Below, piece after piece: positions 36,559 through 49,777 of a stretch of DNA of 64,000 nucleotides. The DNA comes from Bispira polyomma (Eukaryota). How positions within the stretch are numbered: position 1 is the first letter of the stretch; every line of letters starts with the position of its first letter. A program made the position numbers and the translations under genes. The notes beneath the pieces were generated by a model. That model had not been told where the DNA came from and did not search any database. It saw nothing but the letters and a program-made list of their open reading frames with translations. The stretch is from NCBI GenBank assembly GCA_965649765.1, contig OZ287753.1:12648001-12712000 (forward strand), written 5' to 3'.

Positions 36559-38876
36559 GCAATATCCAATATAATACCCTGTTCCATTATCAAGACTAGT
36601 CGGGAGAGGTGTTGATTGTCTTATCTTGGTCACTCAGGAGGCATAAAGGGTGGAGAATTTGCATAAATTTGAATGCAAATATCAAAAAGATAAGTCTGGT
36701 GGGCCCAAAGGATAAGTCTTAACCTTAAAAGGATAAGTTTTAACCCCACCACGATCAAGGTAAGTTTACCAGTCCTTCTGAGTTGCGACTCCTACTGCAA
36801 TTTTGGTCCTTGGAGTGGCCGATTTAAAAAGATAAGTCGATGGATGAAAAAGATAAATCTCATAAGTTCATCAAAATATATATCATTGGAACAAAAGATA
36901 GGTCCTTGGAAGGCTGCGACTGAGTGACCATGAAATATCGGCCAATAGTCACCCACTTGCAGAGGTTTTCAAACATGAAAACAAAAAATGAGTCTCACAA
37001 CCTCAATGACTTTCACGATTATGTCCCAGTGTATGGCCCAAATACATAATTGTAACCATCAGGGTCTTCAATTGGCATAGTGAAAGAGGGGTACTACATT
37101 CAACAAAAACCCTTGGGTACACTTTCTGATAATTCGAGTAACACATTTAGTTATAACTGCATTAAAATTATTTAGATAAGTTGTTTAACCAACAAGGATA
37201 TTTCTGCTTTTTACACCTGCCAGGTGGATTATTCTCACCAATGATCAGAGTCTATGCCTTTTAAAACACAAAAAGCAACTATGCAACGCTTATCAATTGA
37301 TCCTTTCATCAATTATTTGTTGAGTTAGAGCATCACGCTGCTGAGTTATATGACACCCACAGACCTGTGGCTCTACAAGTAGTCAATATATATGCAAATA
37401 AGTCTCAATTTAAAAAGGATCTAATCCATAATTCACGTTGATTTTATATCAAATACTATGGGCAATAATGGGCCCGGATATTCGGGAGTAGCCCTGAGTA
37501 AACCTAATGCCACCTCAGTTGATCTGGGTGTATTTCCCCCCCATCCCCTTAAAACAACAAAATAGAATCCTCATTGTTGTAAAGATCAACCTGGGTGGCT
37601 TTCCCAACTGTTAAGATCAACTGTGGTGGTTCTCCTGATTGTTAAGATCAACTAGGTGGCTTCCCTAATTGTAAAGATGTTCTTTGGGGGAAAACATTTT
37701 ACTGTCTGGAACATAAAAAAACTTTTTTACCCAAAACCCTAGACAAACAGAGGAGATCAGTCAAACAGGGTGTCACCCAGACTGATCTTTACAATTGGAG
37801 AGGGGGGATTCCCTGGGGCCCGGTTATCGTAGTTGAATAGTTGGGTCCCTAAAGATCAGCTGGGGTGAAACGCTGGATTATTGTGGGCATTTTTAAATAT
37901 TTTAAGTATTTCTTGTCCTGGATCATAATCTGCCTTTCACGTCAGGATCTTGACAGTGGAACAGGGGCAATATCCAATATAATACCCTGTTCCATTATCA
38001 AGACTAGTCGGGAGAGGTGTTGATTGTCTTATCTTGGTCACTCAGGAGGCATAAAGGGTGGAGAATTTGCATAAATTTGAATGCAAATATCAAAAAGATA
38101 AGTCTGGTGGGCCCAAAGGATAAGTCTTAACCTTAAAAGGATAAGTTTTAACCCCACCACGATCAAGGTAAGTTTACCAGTCCTTCTGAGTTGCGACTCC
38201 TACTGCAATTTTGGTCCTTGGAGTGGCCGATTTAAAAAGATAAGTCGATGGATGAAAAAGATAAATCTCATAAGTTCATCAAAATATATATCATTGGAAC
38301 AAAAGATAGGTCCTTGGAAGGCTGCGACTGAGTGACCATGAAATATCGGCCAATAGTCACCCACTTGCAGAGGTTTTCAAACATGAAAACAAAAAATGAG
38401 TCTCACAACCTCAATGACTTTCACGATTATGTCCCAGTGTATGGCCCAAATACATAATTGTAACCATCAGGGTCTTCAATTGGCATAGTGAAAGAGGGGT
38501 ACTACATTCAACAAAAACCCTTGGGTACACTTTCTGATAATTCGAGTAACACATTTAGTTATAACTGCATTAAAATTATTTAGATAAGTTGTTTAACCAA
38601 CAAGGATATTTCTGCTTTTTACACCTGCCAGGTGGATTATTCTCACCAATGATCAGAGTCTATGCCTTTTAAAACACAAAAAGCAACTATGCAACGCTTA
38701 TCAATTGATCCTTTCATCAATTATTTGTTGAGTTAGAGCATCACGCTGCTGAGTTATATGACACCCACAGACCTGTGGCTCTACAAGTAGTCAATATATA
38801 TGCAAATAAGTCTCAATTTAAAAAGGATCTAATCCATAATTCACGTTGATTTTATATCAAATACTATGGGCAATAA
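36061..38876 (+). repeat. Exact-looking tandem duplication of 1408 bp (36061-37468 / 37469-38876)
   Basis: No differences seen by eye; TG microhomology at the junction. Confidence 0.93.
36575..37093. mobile_element. Second, related MITE-like element
   Basis: Starts TACCCTGTTCCATTATCAAG (similar to the previous TIR) and ends GTGAAAGAGGGGTA; imperfect TIRs; internal GATAAG repeats. Confidence 0.45.
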
Positions 38877-39206
38877 TGCACCTTAGTCATTGCAGAATCT
38901 TTTGAGTTACTAATTGTAGTTGTATAAACTGTCAGCGTGGCTGCTTGTTTAACGTTTACCATGTGTGTGCATAAAAAAGATTGCAGTGACTATACTTTAA
39001 CAAATTATTTAATGATTTTTCATATAAAAACTTGACAGAAAGATATAGAATATCCGAATTTTGTTTTACAATCTAAGTACGAGCTAACTACTAGAAAAAT
39101 AAATGTTTGGGTAATCAGTTTTGTTTGGAGAGAGATGGTATGGATAGTGACACTATGAGACATATGATTGGCATATAGACAGATAAAACTAAAGTTCAAC
39201 ATAATT

Positions 39207-41291
39207 ATGGCATTTGGATATTTTTGTTTCATTCCGTCAACCATCTGTGTCTTGGCACATTACTTAACAATAAAAACATTTGCCATTGGGACTGAGGTCA
39301 ATGGCCTTCAGGGTCATAAAAGTTGTGCATGCCATAATGCAATGTCATGGGAACCATCTCTCAACAACTATTCAAACCCTGATTATAGCTGGCCAACTAC
39401 ACTTAAATGCTGCAATAGTACTTCAACCATTCAGTTATTGCTAGAGTCAGTGGATATAAAGAATGTAGTCATAATTCACAGCATAAAGTACTCTGCTTTA
39501 GTGTATAGCATTGCAATGGATACATCACTTCCTATGGCTATGTACTCCACTGATACTGAGTCACAAACAGTCAGTGTTAGAGAAAGTATTACTGACACCT
39601 TGCATACATTCAACAAAAACTATCAGGTGCACTTTCTGTTAATTGGAGAAACAGATTTTCTTATAACCGTATTAGAAATAGCTAATTCTGTAGATGAACT
39701 GTTTAAACAGCAAGGATATTTCACATTTTTGCATCGATGGATTATACTAACCAATAATCAGAGTTTATTGCATTTAGAAGCACATATACAAAATATACAA
39801 CACTTAACCGCAGCTACTGTTTCAGAGCCAACCAACCATGTAGATATTTACTCAGCAATGTGGAAGCCTCATGGTCGACACTTTGAATTCATAGGGACTA
39901 TATTAAAGACTTCTGAAACATGTAGGTTACAGTTTATTAATAGCCAGAGTACAATTTTCCCCAATCAAATGTTTGGTTTTAATGGAAAGCTGTTTAGAGT
40001 TGCTACTCAGCTTTGGCCAGTCTATGTCATTCGTGAAGAACATTCTCCAAACAGAACCATTTATAAAGGTACTTTTATGGAAGTTCTTCGCATTTTAAGC
40101 CAACATCTAAATTTCACCTTTGAAGTTATAATACCACCTGGTGGATACTGGGGTAGTGAGGTGAATGGCACGTGGAATGGTATTGTTGGACTACTGCATA
40201 CTAATGAAGCTGACATAAGTGTTGCTCCTTTAGCAATCACTCTTCAAAGATTGAACGCTATGGATTTTGCTGAAATCCCTGTTGCATTTGATACTCATGT
40301 GGCACTCTATAAGACACCACCTCCATTGCAAAACACATTGCAATTATATTTAAAACCTTTTAAAAATGATGTATGGCTGTCTATTTGTGTGGTTTGGATT
40401 GTATTTAGTCTATTTACTAGTTTAATTGATACTACTCATGAATACTGGATACATGAAAGAATGCTAAGTGTAAAACATATTCCCTGTTTTCTCAGTGATG
40501 CACTGTGGTATGCTTCTGGTTCTTTCTTCACCCAGAGCATCCAGGTCAAAAGGTCAAGCATGTCTACATCCTGCTTATGGGGGGCTTGGTGGTTGTTTTC
40601 CCTGCTTATTGTAATGGTGTGGTCTGGAAATATTGTATCTTTCATCACAGTCAAACTATACCCAAATCTTATCCCTGGACTAGACTATCTAGCACAGCAG
40701 AAGATATACAAAATCATCACTCTCGGGAGCACTTCTTTCGAGGAAATGGTATTAACATCCAATAACTCCCTAATGCACCAATTTGGTCAGATGATACTGG
40801 AAGCTAGGCAGGAAGATCCAGAACTCTTAACTCTGGCCCATGATGGCCTTTTATCAAAGGTGAAAGAAGGTGGATATGTATATATTATGGATAAAACTGC
40901 ATTAAAACTTGCAGCTTATAACAGTAACTGTTCCCTTAGTATAATCTCACAAAGTCTTTTTTCAATTGGGTATAACATTGGGCTGCAAAAGAACTCAGCT
41001 TACCAGCAGGTGTTCAATCAAGCTGCTATTAAAATCAGTGACCTAGGACTGTACATATACTGGGCTAAGCAGTATGAAAATGAGGTAAATGAAGAGGAAT
41101 GTATGAATGCTGTGCAATCGAATCCTTTGGAGCTTTACCATATACAGTCCATACTCATTTGTTTTGTCACAATGCTTGGGATAGCTTTTATTTTTCTTGT
41201 TATAGAAAATATAATATATGTAATTAAAAGAAGATGGATCAAAACATTAGCAGAGACAGCAAAATTGGGCAAAATATTAATAAATTATTAA
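39207..41291 (+). CDS. Intronless divergent ionotropic receptor, 694 aa, intact
   Basis: Same domain motifs as 12406-14475 (GTWNGIVGLL, T.QR..MDF, VWSGNIVSFITV, GLQKNS). ATG at 39207 aligns with paralogue starts and is preferred to the TTG at 39168. Confidence 0.93.
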   Translation: MAFGYFCFIPSTICVLAHYLTIKTFAIGTEVNGLQGHKSCACHNAMSWEPSLNNYSNPDYSWPTTLKCCNSTSTIQLLLESVDIKNVVIIHSIKYSALVYSIAMDTSLPMAMYSTDTESQTVSVRESITDTLHTFNKNYQVHFLLIGETDFLITVLEIANSVDELFKQQGYFTFLHRWIILTNNQSLLHLEAHIQNIQHLTAATVSEPTNHVDIYSAMWKPHGRHFEFIGTILKTSETCRLQFINSQSTIFPNQMFGFNGKLFRVATQLWPVYVIREEHSPNRTIYKGTFMEVLRILSQHLNFTFEVIIPPGGYWGSEVNGTWNGIVGLLHTNEADISVAPLAITLQRLNAMDFAEIPVAFDTHVALYKTPPPLQNTLQLYLKPFKNDVWLSICVVWIVFSLFTSLIDTTHEYWIHERMLSVKHIPCFLSDALWYASGSFFTQSIQVKRSSMSTSCLWGAWWLFSLLIVMVWSGNIVSFITVKLYPNLIPGLDYLAQQKIYKIITLGSTSFEEMVLTSNNSLMHQFGQMILEARQEDPELLTLAHDGLLSKVKEGGYVYIMDKTALKLAAYNSNCSLSIISQSLFSIGYNIGLQKNSAYQQVFNQAAIKISDLGLYIYWAKQYENEVNEEECMNAVQSNPLELYHIQSILICFVTMLGIAFIFLVIENIIYVIKRRWIKTLAETAKLGKILINY

Positions 41292-42929
41292 CCTAATTTG
41301 AATGAATAGACAACTAAAACTAGAAGAGCACCAACAATTTAATGCTTATTAATTTTCGACATTACAATATTATGTAAAGGACTTTCTTCATGAAGATGTT
41401 CACGGCAACAATTGAATTTGTATTACATATTTTTATGTGCTTTATTGATGCAAGGCATCTTCTAAAGCACAACAAACAAATCAATCAACCAATCATGCGT
41501 CCAACAACATAGCCTGGATCATCATCGGTAGGCAATTGTGTCTTCACATCTTGCCTAAGGATGTTATTTTGACAACAGATTCAATCCGGTTTTTCATTTT
41601 TTGAATTTGTCAGTACTTGACAAATTGATTTTTTGAAATAATATAGAATACAAAATGGGGTGTGCTGGGTCGTCAACTACACTCTGACAGGAAACTGATC
41701 AACACATTTGGTTAATGCCAGTAAGTGCAACAATACAGATTAGCTGTAGCAACTTGCCTTAAATATAAAATTTGTTAAGGTATTATTTTTTATGCATTAT
41801 AAATGACAAGGTCCCCAGAGAGGCTAGTTCTGTATCTTCATCCTCATAGGCTTTATTTTAGACCCCACTATTTAACCAGGGACTCCTGGTATGTTTGTTC
41901 TTGCAAGGGCAATGTCTGTCCATATCTTGCCTTTTTCGTTATGCGATTGTCATCTGTAAGACAATGGCATTACATTTGAACCCATTGCATTGTACCGTCC
42001 TAGAAAAGTTTGGGCCATGATATTTCATTCTGGTCTCTGTTGCCTGGTGCGCTTTGGGTGTTTGATGCAGGATTCAATGCAAACAGGTGTATAAATGGCA
42101 GTCAAGCCATAAACCAGTATTAGTCTTTGCACGGTATGTTTGCCTTGGTGATTGGTTGACAAAGTGCCCACGCTGGGGGTAAATCGTTAATATAAGGGGT
42201 TATATCAGGTTATAAACCACTAACACTAATATTTATGTATTAACATTTACATTATTTTTGTACATACTTTTTAATGTAAAATATGTTTTTGTAAAAATCA
42301 TATATTCGCTATTATTTCAAAGATGTACATGATACACTGATGTCAATAAAACTGTCACTTACGCATACGACAATTCAGGAACTTGTAAAAGTGTAAGTAA
42401 AAGTCCATTCCGAGAATATATTTATGTTAAAATTTGCTTGTTATATACATTTGAATAAAACTAAAGATTTCCGCTCGAGTTGAAATTTTTTTTATTTGGG
42501 TGTTGGAATTTGGTTCTAGAATCCTGGTCGTGACCTGGAAACCTTTGGATCTGCCTATACCTGATTGTGATAGTGCATGGTTTTATTGTAAATAGTAATA
42601 TGGTTCAAATACAAGTTCAGCAGGTGTATTTTAAGTAAATGGTTGTGCAACCTGGTGTGTTTTAATAAACTATTTATGTAATAACCATTATGCCATAACA
42701 ATTAATTATTCTGATCTGTTTCAGATTTCACCTCCACCTGTTCACTCATGAGAAGGCCATCTTTGTGATTTCCCACAGTTTAAAATTTGAGCAACATTCT
42801 GGCGCTAATGTAATATTTGTTAGTACTACCTTGAAAATGTTTCTAAACCTACTTTATTTTACAAATGTTAAACTAGTTTGTTGCTTGTGTTTTTAAATGT
42901 CAATGTATCACAAAAATACTTCAACAGAT

Positions 42930-43164
42930 TTGAACTTTTACCTTTGCAACATTGTAATTTTTATATTAGAATTAAGGCATTTGCTTTAAAATGAAATTTC
43001 GACAATTATTTATACCACGTATAGTGCTCATGTAGGCTATTAAATAAATTGAAACTTTTACCTTTGCAGCATTGTAATTTTAATATTGGGATTAAGGCAT
43101 TTACTTGAAAATAAAATTTTGACAAATATTTATATCACATATAGTACTCATGTAGGCTATTAAA
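42930..43164 (+). repeat. Two-copy tandem repeat, period about 120 bp
   Basis: ttgaacttttacctttgca...catgtaggctattaaa occurs twice. Confidence 0.85.
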
Positions 43165-44671
43165 TTTACTGATTTATTTACATTATTTATTATTACATTA
43201 TTATAATATTCTTGAACTGGTACCACTTTTGTCAAGAATGTGTCATGCATTGAATAACTTACATTTACGGTTCCGTGAATCTACAAATGACCAACATCGA
43301 TATCTATAACAAACTACCTAGCCTTACTTGTGAAGGAAATATCCTTTGTGGTCTTGACAATGGTATCTCCTATTGTATTTTGACCCTAATTATTGAAAAA
43401 TTGTAATGATGTGAAAACATGTTTAAAAAGCAATAAAACAATTAAAACATATGAAGAATATACACACAATACCGACAAATGAGTTTTAGGAACATTTTAT
43501 AACATTATTAACATTATTTAAGTGGGGGGAAATTCTTTTTTAAATGTTCTGGTCACTATAATAAAGAATTTATCTGTCTACCTTAGAATATTAAAGTAAC
43601 GATTTAATGCTAGCTTTGAATATTTACATATATATATATATTTATATATAGATACCTCACTTCAGACATATAAAATATATACCTCAGGTGTTACGCAAAT
43701 ACAGTGATAAAAGCAAGCAAACATGTTTCTTTGTCAACATTTAACTACCTGTTAACAATGTTGCATGTCATGTTGCATACCCTAACAATCTTTGGGTATC
43801 TTTACAAATAAACAAAGTTATCATATACATAAGATATAATAATAGTTGCACTCTAAAAACCTGCCTTTAATCCATGAATGTACATAGTAAGTGGTTTCAT
43901 AGTGTTATTCATGCATAATTAGCATACAATTTATAGAAAAAGGAATTATAACAATGCAATGCTGGAATTGTAAAAAAAAATTGACGATAACTTTGGAGAC
44001 TTAAACCTACCAAGAGGACTGGATCTAAAGCTCGTTCTCTGATGAAGAATCTCCCTAGTGAGTTTAGATTACTTGAAACACTTCTAGATTTAGTAAAAAG
44101 CTTAAAACCTATTTCTTAAAACTTGTCTAACCCACCCCTTAGTTCCCTCTGTGTACACAACCACATTCTTCCTTACGACCTTAGCTATGTTTTGGAACTT
44201 ATGTATTGGTTTACTGATTTAGCTGTTGCACTTTAAAAGATACATCACATCACTGAGACATGTTAAAAATCCATAATACAACACAATAATATAAAACAAT
44301 TATGCACATTGTAGGAGGTTCCATAACTCTTAATGTTACATAATTAATGTAAAATTTCAGATATCTTAAAAAACAGCGAGCTTTCAGTGGAATCTAAAAA
44401 TCTGTCTTTACTCCACAATATCATGTTTTAGTAAGTTGTTACATAATTCTTGCTGTTTCATAAATACCCATATGTTTAGGTTTACAATCTGAAAAACACT
44501 AGTCCATTATTTTCTGACATCGCACCAGTCCTGTCATGAGTCACCCGATATATTAAACACCATTTTAAGTCACCGATCTGAAAACACTTGTCCAAGACTC
44601 TCTGACTTGACGATTTTTTGCACAATGGAACTCAAAGATAAAGACACCCTGTAGGTTGAGAAGTACCAGAA

Positions 44672-44998
44672 ACACCACCTGTAATAGGTACACAAAATTA
44701 CATGCAGGGTTGCTTAAATTGGTTAAACACACCCCTTAAAAATTGAGAAAGATGGGATGTACAGTTTTAGGTCACCTAATACACCACCTATAATAGGTAC
44801 ACAAAACTACGTGCAGGGTTGCTTAAATTGGTTAAACACACCCCTTGAAAATTGAGAAAGATGGGATTTAAAGTTTTAGGTCACCTAATACACCACCTAT
44901 AATAGGTACACAAAATTACATGCAGGGTTGCTTAAATTGGTTAAACACACCCCTTGAAAATTGAGAAAATGGGATTTACAGTTTTAGGTCACCTAATA
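44672..44998 (+). repeat. Three-copy tandem repeat, period 109 bp
   Basis: Units start at 44672, 44781 and 44890. Confidence 0.9.
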
Positions 44999-46474
44999 CT
45001 GTAGTCACACCTCCAACACGCAAAGGGGGCATCTGATTTAACGATAATTGTTACATCCAAAATGTTGGCAGGGACATGCTTATTATGGTAAATAAATTTG
45101 ATATAGTACACCTTTCACATCAAATCAAATGCTCCTTTTTTGACATCCAACCTCAGGTTGTGATCTCCAACAGACCACCTACAACCATCCATTAGCAGTA
45201 GGTCTTCATAATTCTGAAGAATTCTTTAAAAGAATCGCTTGAGAGATTTCCGCTGTTCTTTAGTGGTCTTTAGTACTTGTAGGACCAGTTTAGTCAGAAG
45301 CAGGTTTTTCGCTTTCTTCACAAAAACCCTTTTTGACCTATCCTATATTGATGTTTGGTTCTGTTGTGACAGGTTTTAGTGGTTGCAGCTAATCCTAAGA
45401 AGCTGCCGTTCACATGAGTGTTTCTGACCTCAAACACTTCTTCGTGATAGGTCGCTAGCTAGTATTTGCTGGTTGTATGACCTACACTTTAGTATAAAAC
45501 TGCTAGGATTGGTGCTCGCAGACCATTCTTTATCTACTTGTTTTGTTTGAGTGGTATGTAATCCAATGTATGTTGTTGTGCTTCTTTGATCTTTAAAACA
45601 TATGATTGGGACGTATGATAGTCTGCAGCCTGCTTTCATCATCTTAATATGCTCGTACACACCAGTCACACACATTAGCAAGACCAATCCTTACAAATCT
45701 GAAATTGGTGGTACACTTTTACAGACAGGTTTGCCACTGATCTTAAGATTATTTGTACGGAAATCCCCACAAAAATGCATATGTGACTGTTACCACTCTC
45801 AGGTGCTCTTACATGTTTGAGATCATATGTGGTTTGTAGGAGATCAGAGCCTCTGTGTTACTGAGGTATATTTAGGCAATCCCTTTTCGTCAAGAGAAGT
45901 AAAAATTTAAAATATAATGGAACTAAAACAAGCTTTAGACATTAAGACATTTATCCTGAGGACAGTGTAGCATGCCTCAAAGGATGACAGTTCTTGTGCC
46001 GGAAGCTTCCATACAAAATACTGAACAAAATAACAATAGTCAAATATCTGATAATTAAATTAAAATGAGTTTAATCTTAAAATATATTTTGATGTATTTT
46101 TTTAGGTTTTACAGTTACAAAATTATATTCCAAATGATCAAAACTTTAGGGTACATCTACCATTTTGCTACCTTGTAATAAAGAGCAGAGCACTCAATAG
46201 CCACAAACGATTACTAGACATCCTGTGTGGTGCGCATCCCAGATAATATGCAAAAGAAAAGTCCAAAAGTAGGAGAGATTTGTGACCAAAGTTCTTTCGT
46301 AACCAGCAGACAAATGTTAAGGCAGAAATGTGAGTTGATACAGATGTGTTTTGAAGCCTGTTTTTTGAAGCCTGTAATCATTGTCTCAGTTTGAAAAATG
46401 GTGTGGGTGCTATTCCATCCCGTAGGTGCTGCAACTTTAAATTATTTTGAACTTGCTAGTTTTTTGGGTAAGAA

Positions 46475-46849
46475 GTCAGAGGTGGAGAGACGATTTCCTC
46501 TGGTGAGAGTCCTGACGGATAACATGGATAAGTAGGTTGAATTTTATAGGGAACTCAAGCAAAGGAATTGTAGCATACAATTCTGTCTAGTATATCAATC
46601 ACTCCCCTAGCTTGGAGAATTGAGAATTACAATTCATATCCTCAAAGTACTTTCCACTGGGTCAGAGGTGGAGAAACGATTTCCTTTGGTGAGAGTCCCG
46701 AGAGATAAAATCGATAATAAGTAGGTTGAATTTTATACGGAACTCAAACAAAGGAATTGTGGCATACAATTCTGTCTAGTATATCAATTACTCTCCTAGC
46801 TTAGAGAATTGAGAATTACAATTTATGTCCTCAAAGTACTTTCCACTAG
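46475..46849 (+). repeat. Two-copy tandem repeat, about 186 bp
   Basis: gtcagaggtggaga...caaagtactttccact at 46475 and 46661. Confidence 0.88.
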
Positions 46850-47749
46850 GGATGACCCAATGTATCTGCCTGTAACTGGTATAAGTACGGCCTCCCGGTC
46901 ATCTGCATTTCCCTAAGTAAGTGTGTCTGTCTCACTAGGCTACATTGGCAAACCCTCTGCTGCTAATACTTTACCTGAAACATGCCTTCCAACATTGACA
47001 ATTTGCCATCCTCGCCTGGATACCCAAAGGTACTAAATAGCAAGGGAAGTCACAGCAATACTAGAGTGCCCACTGCACCAACTAACTGGACTGTATGAGG
47101 ATTTCTGCCATCTGATGAGGATAACACAAAAATGTTATTCAACATAAAGAAAACTATTTCGTTGAGTGCAAGTAAAATTATGCTTGGCTACTTGATTGAA
47201 GCTAACAACTCCATTCCAATCAATACTATTATATTAGTAACAGTGCCTACCACTCACAAGTCAAGGACAACGAATCTATGACGGTGTAGATATTTTATTT
47301 AAAATATATATGTAAAATGGTGTAAAATATAAGTTCTAAACTACTGGCTATGTACAATTCGTTATAAAGTATACAATAATAAAAACTACACTCTTTAATA
47401 CTTAAGTTGAGGTCAGTGAAACTTTTCCAGTTAAAGGTTAAACTTAATTTCCACCTTAAGTTTGGACTTAAAAACAATTCTTGAATGTTCTTTTAAGGTG
47501 CTCTTAAACTAATTCCGAAACACCTACAGAAAGAAGTTTAAGGTGACCCTAACTTGAATTGTCACCCTAGTTGACCTAAACTGTGCCAGTTTAAGGTTAC
47601 CTATCCAAAAGTGTGGATTCTGAGTTTAAGCTACCAATATTTAAATCATTTGACCTTAACTTTTACAATGCTTTAGAATTTTTAACATAGAATATGTGAA
47701 GAAAGCCGCAAGTTCAACAAGTAGGGTTGGAAGCATTATCTGGCATTTA

Positions 47750-48120
47750 ACAATCTCTGGAAGGTGGTAGCCACTTCTGTAGTATTTGTACTAGTTTGGA
47801 TGTAAGTCTAGACGCAGTCCGACGTCCAGGTACCATGATCTTTGATTTGTTGTATTGGAACCTGAGCTTGGTAGGCCAACGTGGCACCTGAACATTGGAA
47901 CACGTGAAATGTATAGAAATTTGTTTTATAACCTCATTTCTGATTGATGCCCGAACTTTTCTTACCCTGGAATCAGTGACCACCTGCCTGCCAATCACTG
48001 TCATACATTAAAATAAAGGGTCATTCTTGGCCGGTGCATATAGCTTGAATAGGTTTTTCAATGCCCCATAACGACAAAATATTGAGGATCTCAATCTAGG
48101 TAGAATGACTATTATGATAC
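47750..48120 (-). pseudogene. DIRS/Ngaro tyrosine recombinase catalytic C-terminal fragment
   Basis: Hand translation: IPRL...NDPLF...TDSRVRK and FYTFHVFQCSGATLAY...IKDHGTWTSDCV*TYI (H-x-x-R site degenerate; HG.W and Y retained). Confidence 0.8.
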
Positions 48121-48149
48121 ATGAGTGGCGAAGGGCATAAACAGTTAAA

Positions 48150-48800
48150 AGTTAATCAGCAGACAGTCATAGGGATGAAAAGTAGTTAATCAGGGCAAGA
48201 CACTACCAGTTATAGAGGTCAAATGTAGTTAATTAGGGCGAGACACAAACAGTCATAGAGATCAAAACTAGTTAATTAGGGCGAGACAGAAACAGTGATA
48301 CAGGGCAAAAGTAGTTAATTGGGACAAGACACAAGCAGTCATAGAGGTCAAAAATAGTTAATTAGGGCGAGACACAAACAGTCATAGAGGTCAAAAGTTG
48401 TTAATTAGGGCTAGACACAAACGATCATATAGGTCAAAAGTAGTTAATCAGGGCAAGACACAAACAGTCATAGAGGTCAAAAATAGCTCATCAGGGCAAG
48501 ACACAAACAGTCATAGAGGTAAAAAATAGTTAATCAGGGCAAGACACTAAAAGTCATAGGGTCAAAAGTAGTTAATCAGGGCAAGACACAAACAGTCATA
48601 GAGGTCAAAAGCAGTTAATCAGGGCAATACACAAACAGTCAAAGAGGTCAAAAGTAGTTGATCAGGGCAACATACAAACAGTCATAGAGGTCAAAAGCAG
48701 TTAATCAGGGCATGACACAAACACTCATAGATGTAGGTCAAAAGTAGTTAATCAGAGCAGGCCACTACCAGTCATAGAGGTCAAAAGTAGTTAATCAGGC
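48150..48800 (+). repeat. Second array of the 43-bp minisatellite, about 15 copies
   Basis: Same unit and same 3' flank as 7562-8830. Confidence 0.95.
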
Positions 48801-49522
48801 TATCAACAAAAGTCAGCTTCAGCAAAATTGGTCAGTATTTGTCATTTTAATTACATAAACTATTGCATTATGTCAATAATATGTAAACTATTTATCAAGA
48901 TGTTATCTTAACAATCAGCCCTCCCCCCCCCCCCCCCAAAAAAAAAAAAAAAAAAAAGAAAAAGGAAAAAAGAAAGTTGTGCCCTTGTAAAAAAAAATAT
49001 AGAAAGGTTGGTCCTTATACTCTTTCGTAGCTTTCTTATCTACTAAATATTTATTGTTAAAATGCTTTGAAACATCACAGCTGTGTATGTTTCGCCACTC
49101 AGAATCGCCCACTCAGTCATGTTCTTAATCAAAGTAATCACTCCATAGTACCCCTGTGTCAGCAATACAGTGGTGTGATTTTATGAAATTGTTAAAATAC
49201 AAAAGATTCTGCCCTAAAATTATAGTAAAATGCATTTATTGCAATGCAAGACTCGTGAGGTAAGGAACTAATCAATGAAATTCACATGTTCGGGAATTCC
49301 GTAAATTCCTTAAAATATTATATCTGCCACTTTGTAAATTTTTTTTTTTTTGAGGTTTTAACTCAAAATAACGAAAAATTATGTGAAGAACAAATTTTTG
49401 AAATAGTTTTTAGGGTAATTAAGCTAGAAGGTTATATATTCATTTTTGTCTGTTGGTTTGCTATGTAGCTTATGCATTCCATACAGCCACTTTGAGATAT
49501 GTGATCACTTCAGCGGTCACTG

Positions 49523-49777
49523 GGGGCCGCGGTGGCCTAGTGGTTAGCAAGCATTGCACTTCACAATCACTGGTCTGTCACCTCTGGGCGGCGTGAGTTC
49601 GAATCCCGTCGATGTCTATGTGGGAAAGGTGGTAGTTCCTTACTGTGGGCCGCTGGTTTCAGTGCAGAACCTTGATCAACTGTATGCAGTGTTTCCTCCA
49701 GCGTTTCCAACTACCCGTCCCAATATAACCTAAACAGGTACTAGAGTGGACGTTAAATATCCAAATTAAAAAATTCA
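49523..49777 (+). mobile_element. tRNA-derived SINE, subfamily a, inserted after the duplication
   Basis: Perfect A and B boxes; empty site cactg|actcttt at about 9461-9472 in copy A; no clear TSD. Confidence 0.92.

Larger units (their letters stand above)
35540..37290 (+). pseudogene. Old IR 5' relic split by about 1.2 kb of MITE sequence
   Basis: 35540-35889 aligns to 39240-39597 (attcagttactgctggagtcagtggatata; gcaatgtactccactgatact). 37095-37290 resumes with TFNKN..VHFL...DKLFNQQGYF...RWIILTNDQSL. Confidence 0.8.

Noticed and set aside
39168-39206. N-terminal extension of the IR from the TTG at 39168
   Set aside because: Non-ATG start; paralogue alignment and the signal peptide favour ATG 39207.
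45000-46470. Possible further YR-retroelement fragments on the minus strand (C..C motif, SGMR-like motif)
   Set aside because: Too degenerate to support without a search.
49523-49610. tRNA gene calls for GGGGCCGCGGTGGCCTAGTGG heads
   Set aside because: Each continues into a shared non-tRNA body and tail, most with TSDs; they are SINEs.
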